Shown here one piece after another: positions 43,651 to 63,399 of a DNA stretch of 64,000 nt. Under the pieces are notes generated by a model. That model saw only the letters and a list, made by a program, of their open reading frames with translations, was not told the DNA's origin and ran no database searches. The DNA lies in contig CM022675.1 of assembly GCA_012295275.1 (NCBI GenBank), positions 4,526,001-4,590,000 of the forward strand, read 5' to 3'. The translations under genes were made by a program, and so were the position numbers. Source of the stretch: Chrysomallon squamiferum (lineage: Eukaryota > Animalia > Mollusca). Numbering within the stretch: position 1 is the stretch's first letter; every line of letters starts with the position of its first letter.

Positions 43651-46600
43651 TTATTGCTGAGATTCTTTTCTATCTGAATTTTCCAGAACAAAATAAACAT
43701 TTCCATGGCCTTCTGGAACGTTGTCGTTGTTGTCGGAATCGTCGTGGACGTTATCAGAGATTTCTGATTTTCTAGTAGGAATTTGATTGTTAGACGAGGC
43801 AGGATGTCTACACAGACTGGGGTGTGGTAAATCCGAAGTAACAACATCAGCGATGTCGTAGAGGTCGCTGTCAGGTTGGTTAAGATGGTTATACAGTTCT
43901 GATGTTGTTGTTGCTGTTGGAGGTTTTCTGTCCATGGTGTCGTAGTCTTCAGAATCGACGAGGTGGTTGTAGACGTCGGATACAGTTGCAGTTGTCTTTT
44001 TTCTATTTGTGCTGTCGTAGTCGCTGTCATTATCAACACCAAGCCGGTTGTAGACATCAGACGTAGTTGATTTCTTTTTCTTATCACAGGTATCGTAGTC
44101 ACCGTCGTTGTCCTCCGCAAGGTTGTTGTAGATGTTAGATGTACCAGTTGTTGTATTTGTTGTGTCTGTGCTGTCGTAGTCTCCTTCACGACTGTTTGAG
44201 AGGCGTTTGTCCACTTCAGATGTCGTAGTAGTTGCCGTGTTGATATACGGTGTGTCGTTGTCTCCATCGTTGTCGTCAGCTGTAGATCTGTTAATGGGAA
44301 CTGCTTTAACATCTGCTTTAACGTCTGCGATGTCGTAGTCGTTATCATTTCTGTTTTCCACGTTGACAGTAACTCCATTTGGGACGTTGTAGTAAACACT
44401 GTGGTTTCCTTGATTTTCTGATTCAAATTCATAATCTGTCGACGTCGATGTCATTGTTACCTCANNNNNNNNNNNNNNNNNNNNNNNNNNNNNNNNNNNN
44501 NNNNNNNNNNNNNNNNNNNNNNNNNNNNNNNNNNNNNNNNNNNNNNNNNNNNNNNNNNNNNNNNNNNNNNNNNNNNNNNNNNNNNNNNNNNNNNNNNNNN
44601 NNNNNNNNNNNNNNNNNNNNNNNNNNNNNNNNNNNNNNNNNNNNNNNNNNNNNNNNNNNNNNNNCATAATTAATAAATAACGATTGGACATTTTCGCTAG
44701 TTTGAAGATGAAATATTAAATGATAAATAAATAAATATGTGTAATGTAACAACGACATCAACAACAGTAATATAATTATTATTCTTCCTCTTTTTGTTTA
44801 CTTTTTCATGAAATTTTTTTTATAAAACTTTAAAAAAAAAAAAAAAATTAATCTATAAATTAATTAATGAATAAGGAAGAAGAAAAAGGTGTACTTACAT
44901 TTTTGACAAACTGATTTCTTTTTTAAATTAGACTCTAAAATGTTTATATCAACTTTGAAACGGGGAGGGAGAGTTAGCCACTTCCAATCCTTTGTCCACG
45001 TCATGCTTTCTGTAAACTTTGCATCATTATAATGTTCATGTATTACTGAACCTGTTAGAAAACACAAATCAGTATCAGTGAAATGCACAATTATGTCTCC
45101 TACAAGTATAAAAGTACTGCTATTTCTTCCTTTACGGTCACCACCACTACTACTGCTACTGCTGCTGCTGCTACTATTATTACTGTTACTTCTACTTCCA
45201 CCATTACCACTACTACTACTACCATTACTACTGCTACTATTGCTAGTGGTGCTGCGGCAGCTATACTATAGGCAACTAAAGCGGCAATTTCCACAGTCTA
45301 TAAATAAAATGATGTATGACTTTTATTAACTGTACTTTGGTGATATGAAGAAATAGTCCAAACGTTTCAGCTTACTTCCTCGTTATGCTTTATTCGTTGT
45401 TTTTTTGTTTGTTTGTTGTTGTTTTTTTAAGTAAAGCAGCAAAATAACTCAATTAAAAATGTCTGGGAATGTCTTTTTTCTGTAGTCGTAAGATAATTGT
45501 AAAAAGAACGGCTCTGTTTTGAAGAGATAAAATGGCGATTTGAAATGTTTTTAAACTGTATAATATAATAAAATAAAGAACAAAATGAACATATATCTAG
45601 CTTAATATTTATATTTCATTTCTTTAATTATTTGTAACGCCACAGATATTCTTAAACTGCTGTGAGATAGTAAATTTATTAAAGATGATTTTCAGTTACC
45701 AGTACCATTAATCCATCGCCATTCAACCTGCCTCCGAAGTCCAACCCAGAAATCATCTTCACTGTAGTCACGTGACAAAAGTGTTGTCAATGACGACAGT
45801 GTCTCATTGGTTAGTTTGGATAGATTGCAATTAGCGTTTGAACTGACCCAGTCAGTTGGTTCATTTGAATCTGTTTCACTTAAGTCATTCCCTAAAATAA
45901 AATAAAAATAAGCAAATAAGCAAACGCACAATAAGAACAGAAACAATGATATATCAGCAGCAACGACAACAACGTAAAGTAATAAAAATAATAAGAAGAA
46001 AAATAACAATTACTATAGCTAGAACAAGAAAAACAACAACAACAACAACATCAAATAATAATAATAATAACAACAATAATGATGATGATGATACTGAAGA
46101 CGACAACAACAACAACAGAAGAGAAACAAAAACGGGAGCAAGCAGAAGAATGATTTATGTAATAGAAATTTTATTTATTTTCTTGTTTCCTTATTACCAC
46201 ATAATAATTTATATTTAAATAGTTTACCTGCACAAACACTGTATGGTGTTTCGTTTTCACAATTTTGAAATCCAAGTTTTAACATTTCTTTGTCATCGTC
46301 GTATTTGATGTAGCCACAGTTGGAGTCGCCGTAGACTTTGAGAATAATCTTCACTGAAGCTGGAACATCTTTGTGACAAAAATGTGCAGAAATTAACAAC
46401 TTTTATGTACATTTTAAGTGTTTATTTGTTTGTTTGTTTATTTATTCATTTGTGCACTTGTCAGTAACATTACTAAAATAATATACATGAACATTAGAAT
46501 ATTTATAAACTGAGCATTTAACGTGAAGGAAACATTTTATATTTAAACACAATTTATTAAATGAAGTTAACTATATTTTAAAAGATTACTTTCATTATTA

Positions 46601-46856
46601 TTCTTATTATTCTTATTCGTATTCTTCTTATTATTCTTCTTATTAATAAATGCAATTTAAAATTTCATTTCGACTCTTACCAATCTTGTACACAGAAATA
46701 AAGTTTTCTCCACCACAGAATTCTGTGTAGCTTCCTGCACACCTGACACAATCTTCTCTCTTACTTAGTCCACTGTCAGTAATTTTACAAAAACAACGTC
46801 TACCCTGAAAACAAAACAACTTTCTTGTTATTTCTTCTTGTAGATATTGTTATTGC

Positions 46857-46887
<31 letters not shown>

Positions 46888-48372
46888 GTTGTTGTTGTTG
46901 TCGTCTTCGTCGTTGCTCTTGTTATTCTTCTTCTTATTATTATTATTATTATTAATAGCAGTAGTACTAGTTGTTGTTGTTGTTATTGTTGTTGTGTTAT
47001 TATCATTATTTTTGTTCACCTAGGTTAACAAAAAGTAGAAAATGAGAAAGAATTAAAAAATAATGATAAAAATAATATAATATAAATAAATGGATAATAA
47101 GAAAATATAACAAAACAACACAAAATAAATGACAGACAAACAAACTTACTTGTAGACCCACAGTATCAGAAGAAGCTCTACACTTGATGAAACAAGAGAA
47201 TGCGCTGTTATCTTGTAACGTGTAATTACTTGTAAGTTCAGTTGTATCTGTTTCTCCTTTGTGTTGAAATAACGGTTAATTTGTCTCTGAGAAAGTGACA
47301 ACAATTTAAAACTGTATTTTGTTACTGAACTGAGATTTATAAACACAAAATGAAATCAGTAAATTATACGTACCAGTCCACATCCAAGGTGTATACGTCT
47401 CAAAAGCTCCTACCCAATAGTCTGTGTCTTTTTCGATTACAGAAAAAAGTTTGTTTTTGTCTAAATCAGAATGATCAACAACGAGTCTGCCTCCTGCCTC
47501 CTCACAGCCAGAATACGCTGCCTCCCACCAAGTTTGTTTTTTATCCAGTGTAAAATATTCTTCTAACATTTCTTCTTGTTTTCTGTCAGACCACGGACCT
47601 GTGTTAATTTATTAATATTTATCTTAATTATTTATGTTGGATTATGCTGATGAAATTTTATATTATGTTATATATACATTTATACATACGTAATTTGTTT
47701 ATAATTGTACAAATTTACACATACATATTTATACTGTTATGCTTTATAAATTTCTTAATAATTACTTAGTTATGCTTTGTTGTGTTTTAGTCAGGTTACG
47801 TCATACTGTAATATGTAATACTGCAACGTTATTATTATTGTTATGTTACGTTATGTTATGTTATTTAATAAATAATATTGCTGTTATTTGTATTTAGGTA
47901 GGTCAAAATACATTAGCTAATGTTGCATTTATAGTAAATAGTTTATTTTTAAACTATGTTATGTCATAACGTGTTGGTTTTTGCTGTTATGTTAAATCCT
48001 ATTTCGTATTGTTGTTACGCTATGCAGTTATTGTTATTTGTTGTCGTCGTTATTGTTGTTGTTGATGTTGTTACTGTTATTATTGTTACTGTCGTTCATC
48101 TATTATTATTAACAATGATACGAGCATTTCATGTTAAACATCGATTAAACATTCAGTGGGCTCTATTTTGAAAAAGGTCTGCTTTTAACATAATGATCAT
48201 ATACAAGAAATCTCAATAAATAAAAATTATCTCCCCCCGCCTTATACATACTTCAAATGACTTGAAGTACAACGAACAAATTAATTTAAATAAATTAAAA
48301 CTTACTTAGTCTTTCTGCACCTGTAACCTGATTGTAGATCGTTAATATAATCACAGCTGTTACTAAATTCAT
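43651..48372 (-). CDS. CTLD/WSC tyrosine-motif type I transmembrane receptor, copy 6 (type A; TM and stalk exons fall in the gap)
   Basis: Exons 48306-48372; 47374-47598; 47150-47286; 46681-46804; 46228-46368; 45700-45891; 44899-45051; gap; tail 43651-44464. All visible splice sites and frames are intact. Closest paralog of copy 1. Confidence 0.8.
44465..44664. other. Assembly gap (200 N)
   Basis: Run of N. Flanks align to ~1021 and ~2277 of copy 1, implying about 1.25 kb missing, including the TM and stalk exons and an (AG)n tract. Confidence 0.95.
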
Positions 48373-48879
48373 TATTTCTTTTTGTTTTCTTCTCTTTATT
48401 TTTATTTACGAAACATCTTACGCAAGACGATATCAAACCGAGTTTTGCTAAAACCAACGAGGAAGATGTTATTAAGAGGAAGTAAAATAAAAACAGGTCG
48501 CGAGTCTCTTACAGATAGAACTGTCAACTAAACACTGACAGCTACCAGCCTCAAATGAGTCAGTAAGTGTGTCCTTAGGTCACAGAATTCATTGTTTGTA
48601 GTTTTCTGTTTGTACAATTATAAGCGATGCGTTGTTTTACTAATGTAATTGCATGAATTAATCTGAACAATAGCTTATTTTAGTAATACTATGTGAATGT
48701 ATTTATATGTCTCCGTCTTTTTATATACATACATTAATACATGTATGCATACATACAAAAATAGATACTTATATAGCGCATGCAAAAACAAATACATACA
48801 TTCACAGATACGTACGTACGTACGTACATACATACATACATGCTTAGATATACACGTCTAGACACACCACATACAAATA

Positions 48880-49170
48880 CAGGTAATTTTCAAATACAGA
48901 TATTCACAGCTTATTTTTATATGAACGTATTCACAGCTAATTTTCAAATACACAGATATTTATAACTTATTTTTATATGAACGTATGCACAGCTAATTTT
49001 CAAATACACAGATATTTATAACTTATTTTTATATGAACGTATTCACAGCTAATTTTCAAATACACAGATATTTATAACTTATTTTTATATGAACGTATGC
49101 ACAGCTAATTTTCAAATACACAGATATTTATAACTTATTTTTATATGAACGTATGCACAGCTAATTTTCA
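48880..49170 (+). repeat. 56-bp minisatellite (dimer related to the 27-bp unit)
   Basis: cagctaattttcaaatacacagatatttataacttatttttatatgaacgtat(g/t)ca starting at 48934, 48990, 49046 and 49102. Confidence 0.9.
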
Positions 49171-50529
49171 GGATGACCACGTACAATTACAGAGATAACA
49201 GACAATATTAGATTAAAAACCGGTGACGTCTTCATTTCTTCGCAAAACTGATAAATACAAGAAGTTCTGTATATTAACAAAAACAACCTTTGAACCGTCA
49301 CATGGTTTAAAACAATTAATATTAAATTTGTAAATTTCAAGCATTGGTATATATTAAACAATTATTTTATCAACTAAAATGCGAGGTTTGAAGATCTGTG
49401 CAATATAAATAATGGAAAGTAGTTTTCTTCTGACAGAATGATTTTGAAACATAAACATCTGGGTGGGGTATTACCTGGGACAGAGATTACACAAGTAGAA
49501 TATCTCAGTTTTATAACACTCAGTCATACAGAGAATGTTAATACTAATTAAACAAACAGCTGTAATTAATTTAGATCATCTTCACAGTTGGTTACTTTGT
49601 ACGTTTAATGTAGTTAATGTATTTTTAAAATTCTTTGCCGTACAGGTAAATAAAAATAATCTTTGTCTGCAGATAAATTCTTTAAATTCATTCAGTTTAA
49701 AATTCTGCTTGTCTGTTCTGTGATTTTCATTTGAAGATTGTTTATAACAAAATAAAGTCGCTTGTATTGTTTATGTTTATTGATGACAGTCACTCTCCAG
49801 ACAACAGAAATATTTGTTTCACTTTGTTAAACTACAAACCAGGTAGTAATAAGATAAAAACCTGTTTTGTCACATTTTTGTGGTCGCCACGTTTTATTAC
49901 TAAATTTATGACAAATAATATATTGCAAAATCTCAGTAGAAACTTGTCATTAGAATTAAAATTGATGCTCTAAAATTTTAGTTTTACATATTTTCGGTTT
50001 TTAAATTGACTTTATGCATATATTTAGTTATATCCTGTGACATTATCATTAAATCTCCTTCATTTTAAACACAAAAGGTGTTTGTATTCAATTTGTAGGT
50101 CAGTGTACATTAGGTCACACGTTTTCTATCAGTTTAATTACGAAAAAAGTTTCACTCAAATTCAGGGTGTATATGTGTGTGTCATAAATAGAAATAAAAT
50201 CTGGCAGGTTTACACTGTATATTTTATTTAATAATTATCTGCTGTGTCTAGTGAAACATGCAGTTTAACAGTTAGGATGTGCGTAACTGCTAACTGGTTT
50301 GACTCGAAGTGATCTCGAGAATATCGCGAGTTTTACCGATCATTAGAATGCGCAGCGCAGTCTTAAAATAGCGCAGATCGACAAATAGCGGAGAATACAA
50401 ACACACACAGTTACATAATATGGTTGTCACCTACGTCATAATAATATCTCCTGTGTGTTATTGTCACATATTATCACTAATACATTGTTATTGTTATCAT
50501 CATCATCATCATCGTCATCATCGTCATTT

Positions 50530-50570
<41 letters not shown>

Positions 50571-51316
50571 TTTATTTTTATTATTATTATCTTTTTTTAT
50601 TATTTTCTTCATATAGAAATAAATATATATTACCTGAAAAGCAATTATGACCAAAAGGTGAAACATCAAGAAGAACTGTCTCACAAAAACAGCAGAAATA
50701 AAATTAGTACATTACATTAAACTAAGTTTCACAGTTGTGTTTCTCTCCTGTAGAGAGCTCCTCACTCTCCGAAACTGACTTCATTGAATGGAGTTTGTTA
50801 GTACAGCTTGAAATGGACCTGAATTTATTTTGTGTAAAAAGAAAAAAAGATGTAAATCTGGGTTCTTGAAAATCAACGTTAAAAATGTTCAAATGTTGAC
50901 TGAAATGTCAAACACTCGACCCCCCTCCCCGCACCATTTGCCCTTCATTTGACAAGTACTTTTCACGTTTATTTTTTGGGAAGTAAATTAACTTTGAATT
51001 AATTAATTTCTGTGTTGCAATAGACATGTAAAACAAAAACAAAACTGCTATCACAGTTGTCTTCTCTTGGTGTTAATTTGTGACGTCACTTTTCAACAGC
51101 ACATTTCTAGAATCTGTGTTCTAATGTTTAACAATACCTGTACAACTATTCTTGTATAAAATCCTCCAATTAGAAATGCAAATCGAAACTTGTTTCTGAA
51201 ACAAAATGTTTTCTCCGAACTTCAGAACATAACATAACCAGGATTCAGACTGATATTCTATAAGTAAGAAATTTTAAATAAACATGAATATACATCTAGA
51301 AAGAAGTGTGTGTGTC

Positions 51317-51348
<32 letters not shown>

Positions 51349-52027
51349 CGTCTGTACATTGTGTGTGTTGTGACGTCAGTTAAATAGTCCAAAAGCTATG
51401 AATATTTTTATGTTTAATTTCTTTTGGTGATGTTTCCACACAGTTGCTGTTTTGAGGAAATCTGTAACTTCAAAGATTCGTTTTGAAACGAGATTACGTT
51501 TCGAAAATTGTTAACAGACTTTACAGAATTTTTTATCAAGTTTTTCTACTACTTTCGGGTGAGAAAACCTTTTATACTGGACAAAGAAATGAAACTAAGA
51601 TATTTAATTTGTGTTTGGTCGAGGCTGTTTATATGAAGAAAACTCGTAGACAAAACCTCGTGAACGTAACAAGTACAGTATGAACGATGTTCGTGATACT
51701 AGTTCGAAAAACCATACAAAATGGCCGCTGTTCCAAAGTATTTCAAATCAAATTAAAACATTTTCTTCACATTACAAAGTAACACTGGTGCAATAAACAC
51801 AAAATTAATAATTCAAATTTTCAATTTATCCATTTTTTATTCAAATAACACTTGAAACAAAGAGTAAATCAATCATTCGAAAGTCAAAATATATCGATTT
51901 ACCTGATGGTTCATTTCAATAGTAGGGAGGTTTACTGTATCACAATAAAGTTAGATTAATATTAAAATGTTAGTATAAAACAGACTTCCAGTACGAAACA
52001 GAGAAGAACAACAATAAAAACAAAAAG

Positions 52028-52081
<54 letters not shown>

Positions 52082-52429
52082 TAACAAAACAAAAAAGTAA
52101 CTGTTAACGTAGATTTTAGAAAACACTTCCTTCAAGCGACAAATTTTGCATCAGTGCAGATTAATACCAAAACTCTTAGTATAAGGACAGATCTCCCATA
52201 ACTCAGGAACAAGGTGAAAAATAAATCGCACTGACAAAAAGAACATTTAGATATTGGGATAAAGTACAAATACAACATATAACGCTGAAAAGAATAATAC
52301 AAATAATGCAAACAACAAAAACACTATGAGACACTATTAACATGGGATTTAAAAAAAAAATAATAATAATAACAACCAAAAAACAAGCTGTTAGAAAACA
52401 CAGAACTAGGGTTTATGATGATGATGATG

Positions 52430-52535
<106 letters not shown>

Positions 52536-52543
52536 TGATGATG

Positions 52544-52576
<33 letters not shown>

Positions 52577-53039
52577 TATAGGATGAAACACTGCTAATAT
52601 ATAAACACAACAACAACAACAACAACAAAAATATTAAAAATAAAAAATAATAAAAGAAACTTTGGTCTGAGACCCTGTCAACATAGGTTTAAAAAACCAC
52701 TTCCTAGGAGAAACAAATTTTGCATCAAAATATCGATCGAGTTATCAGTGAGATTCTTTTCAATACAAATTTTCCAGAACAATATAAACAGATCAGCTGC
52801 TTTTAGAAACGTTGTCAAATATTTCGGATTTCCTAGTGGGAATTAGATTGTTAGACGAGGCAGTATGTCTGCACAGACTGGGGAATGGTAAAGCTGACGT
52901 AGCAGTATCAAGCGATGTCGTAGTTTCATCGTCAGGTTGGTTAAGATGGCTGGCTATAAGGTTCTGATGTTGTTGTTGATGTTGCAGGGTTTGTGTCTAT
53001 GGTGTTGTAGTCTTCATATAATTGAGGTGGATGTAGACG

Positions 53040-57691
<4,652 letters not shown>

Positions 57692-58915
57692 TATTTATTT
57701 TTGTTTTCTTCTCTTTATTTGTATTTACGAAAATTCTTACGCGAAATTATAAAACCGAGCTTTGCTGAAACCAACAAGGAAGTAGATACTAATAGAAAGG
57801 AAAGACAAAATGTCACGAGACTGGGTAATTATAAGTGATTCGTTTTACTAATCTAAGTTGTATGAATTTATTACACTAAGTCACTTTATTAATACTGTTT
57901 GTATGTATTTATGTGACTCCATCTTTTTACATACATATATACATGCATAGATACATATACACATACATACATAAATATATTTACTCATTCATTCATACAT
58001 ACAACATACATAAAGCATACACATAAAAATACATGCATAAATAGATATACACATTCAAACATACATAATTACATGCATCTGTGCACACATGCACCTAAAA
58101 GTACATACATGAATGCATATACAAATACATACATTATATGCACACACACCTAGACACATCCACATGCAAACACACAGAAATGTATATCCATAATCATTTT
58201 ATTTTGACACGACACCTATTTCCAATTTATTTCACCCATTCCATTAGTTTTATATACTCATATATTCTCAGTTAATATTCATACCTACGTGCACCTTAGT
58301 TTCATGTACTCAGCCATTCCCTGCATATTTTTAGATATACACCTATTTTTAGCTTATTTTCTAATACACGCATTTCCAGCTTCTTTCTACCCACTGGCAT
58401 TCTCAGCCTATTTTCCTATACACATGTATTCCCAGCCCGTTTGCATAAAAAATATATATTTCTCGCTAATTTCCAGGATGACCACGCAAGGTTAGAGAGA
58501 AGGGACAATATTAGATTAAAGACCAGTAACAACTTCAGTTCTTGGCAATACTTATAAATGGGAAAAGTTTTCCATATTTCTGGTTGAAAAGAAGTAGTAA
58601 CTTTCTTATTTCTAAAAAATAAAAAAAAAAATAAAAAATATTTAATATTACGATTGTAAATTTAAAGCACAGGTTATAGTTGGTTGTTTATAAAAATATC
58701 ATTATATACATACATACATACAAGTACTCTATTTCTGAGTGTTTGTGTGTGCGTGTGCGTGTTCGTGTGCGTGAGTCTGTGTGTTTGTGGTGATAGTCAC
58801 AAAACTATGCATTTTTTGGTGTTTAATTTTTTGGGTACAGTTTTCACACAGTTGCCATTTTCAAGGCGCTTTCCGAAGACAGATTTTCTCAGGAAAATAG
58901 TTAATAGACTTTACA

Positions 58916-59923
58916 GCTAGGTTTACGTAAATTTTATCGCAAGTTTTAGGCTTATGTGACCAATAATATGACTGTGAAGATTGCAAGTAGCCTTAGAATG
59001 AGAATTAATGTTGCGGACTTGAGTAGGTTTATTACTAGATGCTGAGCTAGGGTTAGGGTTAGGGTTAGGGTTAGGGTTAACATTATCTAAATTTTATTAC
59101 AAGTGTGATGATTGGCTGAGAAATAATATGAGTGTCACGATATCAAGTAACCATAGTATAAGAATTAATGTTGCAGACTTGTGTAGGATTAGTTTTAGAA
59201 ACTGAGCTAGGGTTAGGGTTAGGGTTAGAATAGGAACTAGGGTTATCTAAATATTTTCACAAGTCTGATGATTGTCTGAGAAATAATATGAGGGTCTCAA
59301 TTAGAAGTAAACTTAGTATCAGAATTAATGCTGCAGACTAATGTATAATTAGAATTAGGAACTCAGCTAGGGTTAGGGTTACCTAAATTTTATTACAAGT
59401 GTTATGCTTATCTCACAAAGTGTTTGTCGAGATAAGAATAAGCCTTACTACAAGAATTAATGTTGCTGACTTGTGTAGGATTACTTTTAGAAACTGAGTT
59501 AGGGTTAGGGTTAGGGTTAGGGTTAGGTTTAGCCTTAGAGCTAGGGTTATGTACATTGTATTCAAAGTTTTATGCTTATGTGACCAATAATATGAGTGTG
59601 GAGATTTCAAGTTGCCTTAGAATGAGAATTAATTTTGCGGACTTGCATATATTTAGTACTAGATGCTGAGCTAGGGTTAGGGTTAGGGTTAGGGTTAGGG
59701 TTAGCCATAGACATAGCGTTTTCTAAATTGTATTATAAGTGAAATGCTTTACGTCAGAAATAATATTAGTGTCACGATAACTAATAGCCTTAGAATAAGA
59801 ATTAATGTTGTGGACTGGTGTAGGATTAGTTTTAGAGACTGACCTAGGGTTAGGGTTAGGGTTAGGGTTAGCCATAGAACTAGGGTTTCGTTAATTTTAT
59901 TACAACTGTTATGCTTATCTGAG
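58916..59923 (+). repeat. Second copy of the composite TTAGGG satellite
   Basis: Same unit as 5266-7090 with short (TTAGGG)n tracts, in the same orientation. Confidence 0.9.
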
Positions 59924-59939
59924 ATAACAATTTTCTTTT

Positions 59940-60058
59940 TCTTAATCGAACCTAAAAGTTGTAATTGATATTCTTATTCTTATTATTATTCTTATTATTA
60001 TTATTACTATTGTTCTTATTATTTTTATTATTATTACTATTACTATTATTATTATTAC

Positions 60059-60098
<40 letters not shown>

Positions 60099-60614
60099 TA
60101 ACTCTTGTTAACAGTGTCCAATACCATTGATTTTTATGTATTTTTTCCATTTTTTAACCCATGTCAGAAGTTCTTCATATCACAGCTTTTTAATTTTTAT
60201 TATTTTATTATTTGTATTGTTGTTGTTGTTGTTTTAAACTCGACGTTAATTATTTGTCTTATTATTTTTACCTTTACATCTTGTATTTATACTTTTTCCT
60301 TACATCTAAATGAACTTTTCGTCACTGTGATTTATTCTTTACTTTATTTCTATGACATGTGAAATCTGTTCTTATGCTAACATTTTCAGTATTAACCTGC
60401 AGTGAAACAAAATTTGTCTTCTGAACTCCGCGTTAACAATGTCTCAACCAGCTGTTTTTTTCTGTTGTTATTAGTTGTTGTTGTTTGTTTTGTTTGTTTT
60501 TCAATTAGTATAACAGAAATTCCGAAATCCTAAATTCGATATTGTGATGTGTTACAGTTTTTCGAAAGCCATCAAAAACTTTACTTCATGCACTAACTTA
60601 TTATAAAAATTATA
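59940..60614 (-). repeat. Inverted duplicate of 7556-8252 (3' flank of copy 2)
   Basis: Reverse-complement match. The spurious ORFs 7834-8064(-) and 60105-60362(+) translate almost identically. Confidence 0.85.
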
Positions 60615-60974
60615 TATATATATGTTAATAATATGTGTATGTATTTATATGACTCCGTCTTTTTACATACACTCATAAATACATACAACGATACTACATA
60701 CATAATGCATACACACAAAAATACATACATAGATAGATACAAACATACAAACATACCTACATACATACATACATGATGCATACATACACTCACACATAAA
60801 TATATGCATCTATGCATACATGCATATACAAATATTTATATGAAAGCATATACAAATAAATACATACATATATGCACGCACATATACACACACATACACC
60901 TAGAAACACAGAACTGTATATCATACTCGTTTTATTTTGTTCACAAAACCTATTTCAAATTTATTTCACCCTTT

Positions 60975-61385
60975 TTGTAAATTCTTTATTATTTTTTTTT
61001 ACTTTATTGGCAATGGTACAGTTTACAAAACATGATTTACAAAATATAAATACAAGGAAGAAAAACAAAAACTACTCACAGCAAGTATTTACAAAAACAC
61101 ATGGGGTATTTCACAACAGAGCTCCTTTTTTACCTGATTGATATATCTGCATGGCTATATTAAATATCTATTTTTACAGATACATATGAAAAACAGCTGA
61201 TTAAACCAACTTTAGTAAAAAAAAGGAGAAAACTATGACAACGAGTACGTATTCAATGGCTTCAAGTACCGCATAAAAGAGGCACGACTTTTTAATATGA
61301 TCGTCCCCTTGCAAATTTATTTGTGATATTATTTTTTCTATCATATAATAATGTTTTACCATGGCTAGAAGACGAGTGTTACCTA
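60975..61385 (-). mobile_element. Possible 5'-truncated retroposed insertion
   Basis: About 400 bp absent from the paralogous position (~21120). It begins with a T-run and tttatt, i.e. AATAAA plus an A-tail on the minus strand. Family not recognised. Confidence 0.3.
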
Positions 61386-63399
61386 CACATATATATATAT
61401 ATATATATATGTATGTATTGTTCTGTTATTAAAATTAAATAATTAAGAATTTGTTGTCCTGTTTGCAAACTAAATATTATCTTTCTATCGTTTATAATTG
61501 TACGTTTTTTTAATTTTAAATGAACTTTGTCTATTTACTTAGTTATATCCTGTAATATTATCAGTGAATCTTCTTGATTTTAAACATAAAACGTGTTTGT
61601 ATTTAATTTATAGGTCAGTGTACATTAAGCAACACTGTTTACATTAGTTTAATTATGTATAATGTTCTCCTCAAATTCACGTGGGGTTGTCACAAATAGA
61701 AATAAAATCTGTCAGGTTTACACTGTTTATTTTATTTCATAATTATTTGCTGTCTCTAGTCAAACATACAGTTTAACAGTTAGGATGTGTGTAAGTGTAA
61801 CTGCTTTGGCTCGAAGTGATCTCGAGAATATCGCGAGTTTTACCGATCATTAGAATGCGCAGCGCAGTCTTAAAATAGCGCAGATCGACAAATAGCGGAG
61901 AAAACACGCGATTACATAATGACGTTGTCACACACGTCGTCAAACTCTCTCCTATCTCTTACAGTCAGATTTATTATTATCAAAAATTATATATATATAT
62001 TATCTGTGATAAATATGTGACTGATAACACTGGTTTGAGATGACAGTCACTGTGTTAGTTAAGGTTTGCTGTTTGTTTGCTGTAATCAATTAACTGAAAC
62101 TTCAGACTGATTTTTTTTTTTTTTTTTTGATGGACTCAGTCTGAGAAGCCTCAGAAGCAATTATGACAATATGGTGAGACATCAAAAACAATTGTCTCAC
62201 AAAAACAGTTAAAATAAAATTAATATATTACATTACACTAAGTTTCACAGTTGACTTTCCCTCACTTAGAGAGCTCGTCACTCTCAAAGTCTGACTTCAC
62301 TGAATGCAGCTAGAAATGTGGTAAACCTATGTTCTTGAAAATCAACTTTTAGAATGTTCAGATGCTGAAATGTAAAATAATATAACCCATATAAACACGA
62401 TTATACCTCTAGAAAGACATCGTGTGCTTGTATTTGTGTGTGTGGACGTGTATGAGAGAGAGACTGTGTGTGTGTTTGTGTGTGTTAATGTCATTTTTTA
62501 ATGTTTAATTTTTTTGGACGACTTTTCTCGCATCTGCCGTTTTGAGGAAACTTGACATTGCAAGGGCCTCTTCTGAAACGAGATTTTCTCTGGAAAATAG
62601 TAAACACACTTTACAGAAATTTTTAATACAGAAACACACACACAAACACACACACACACATACATACATACACAAACACACATTCACACACATCCACACA
62701 CACACATACATACACACATACTTTCGTGTGACAAAACCTTTTATACTGGACAAAGAAATGAAACTAAGATATTTAATTTGTGTTTGGTCGAGGCTGTTTA
62801 TATAAAGAAAGCTCGTAGACAAAACCTCGAGAACGTAACAAGTAGTGTATGAACGATGTTAGTGATGCACGTTCAGAGAAATATAACAAAATGGCCGCTA
62901 TGCCAAAGTACTTCCAACTGAGATTAAACTTTTTCTTCACACTATAAAGTAACACTCGTGCAATAAACACAAAGATAAGACTTCAGATTGTCCAGTTATC
63001 CAATTTTTATTCAAACAGAAAGTAAATCAATCGTTAAAATGTCAAATAGAACAAGAAATATACCGGATGATCCATTTGAATAGTAACTAGGTTAGCTGTA
63101 TATCAATAAAGTTAGTCAATAGAAAAAATGTTAGTATAAAACAGACTTTGAGTTCGAAACTGATAATGCAAAACGTATATGAATAATTATTAAAATAAAC
63201 TATTAAAATATACTTAGCTGATTATATAGAATAGGTATATAATATAAAATAATGTAATATAAAGATATATATTCTTTTCAACTGTAATGTTTTTCATTTA
63301 TTATTTTACTATATATACAAACACTTAGAGACACACACAGACAAACATACACATGCACAGATACACAGATTGTCTTCAGGTATTTTATATAATATAGTA

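Noticed and set aside
43437-44432. Long alternative-frame ORFs overlapping the tail exons (also 24090-24836, 14786-15379, 189-746)
   Set aside because: They are explained by the Thr/Asp/Asn-rich codon content of the real frame, which yields few off-frame stops. Their ends are not conserved between copies.
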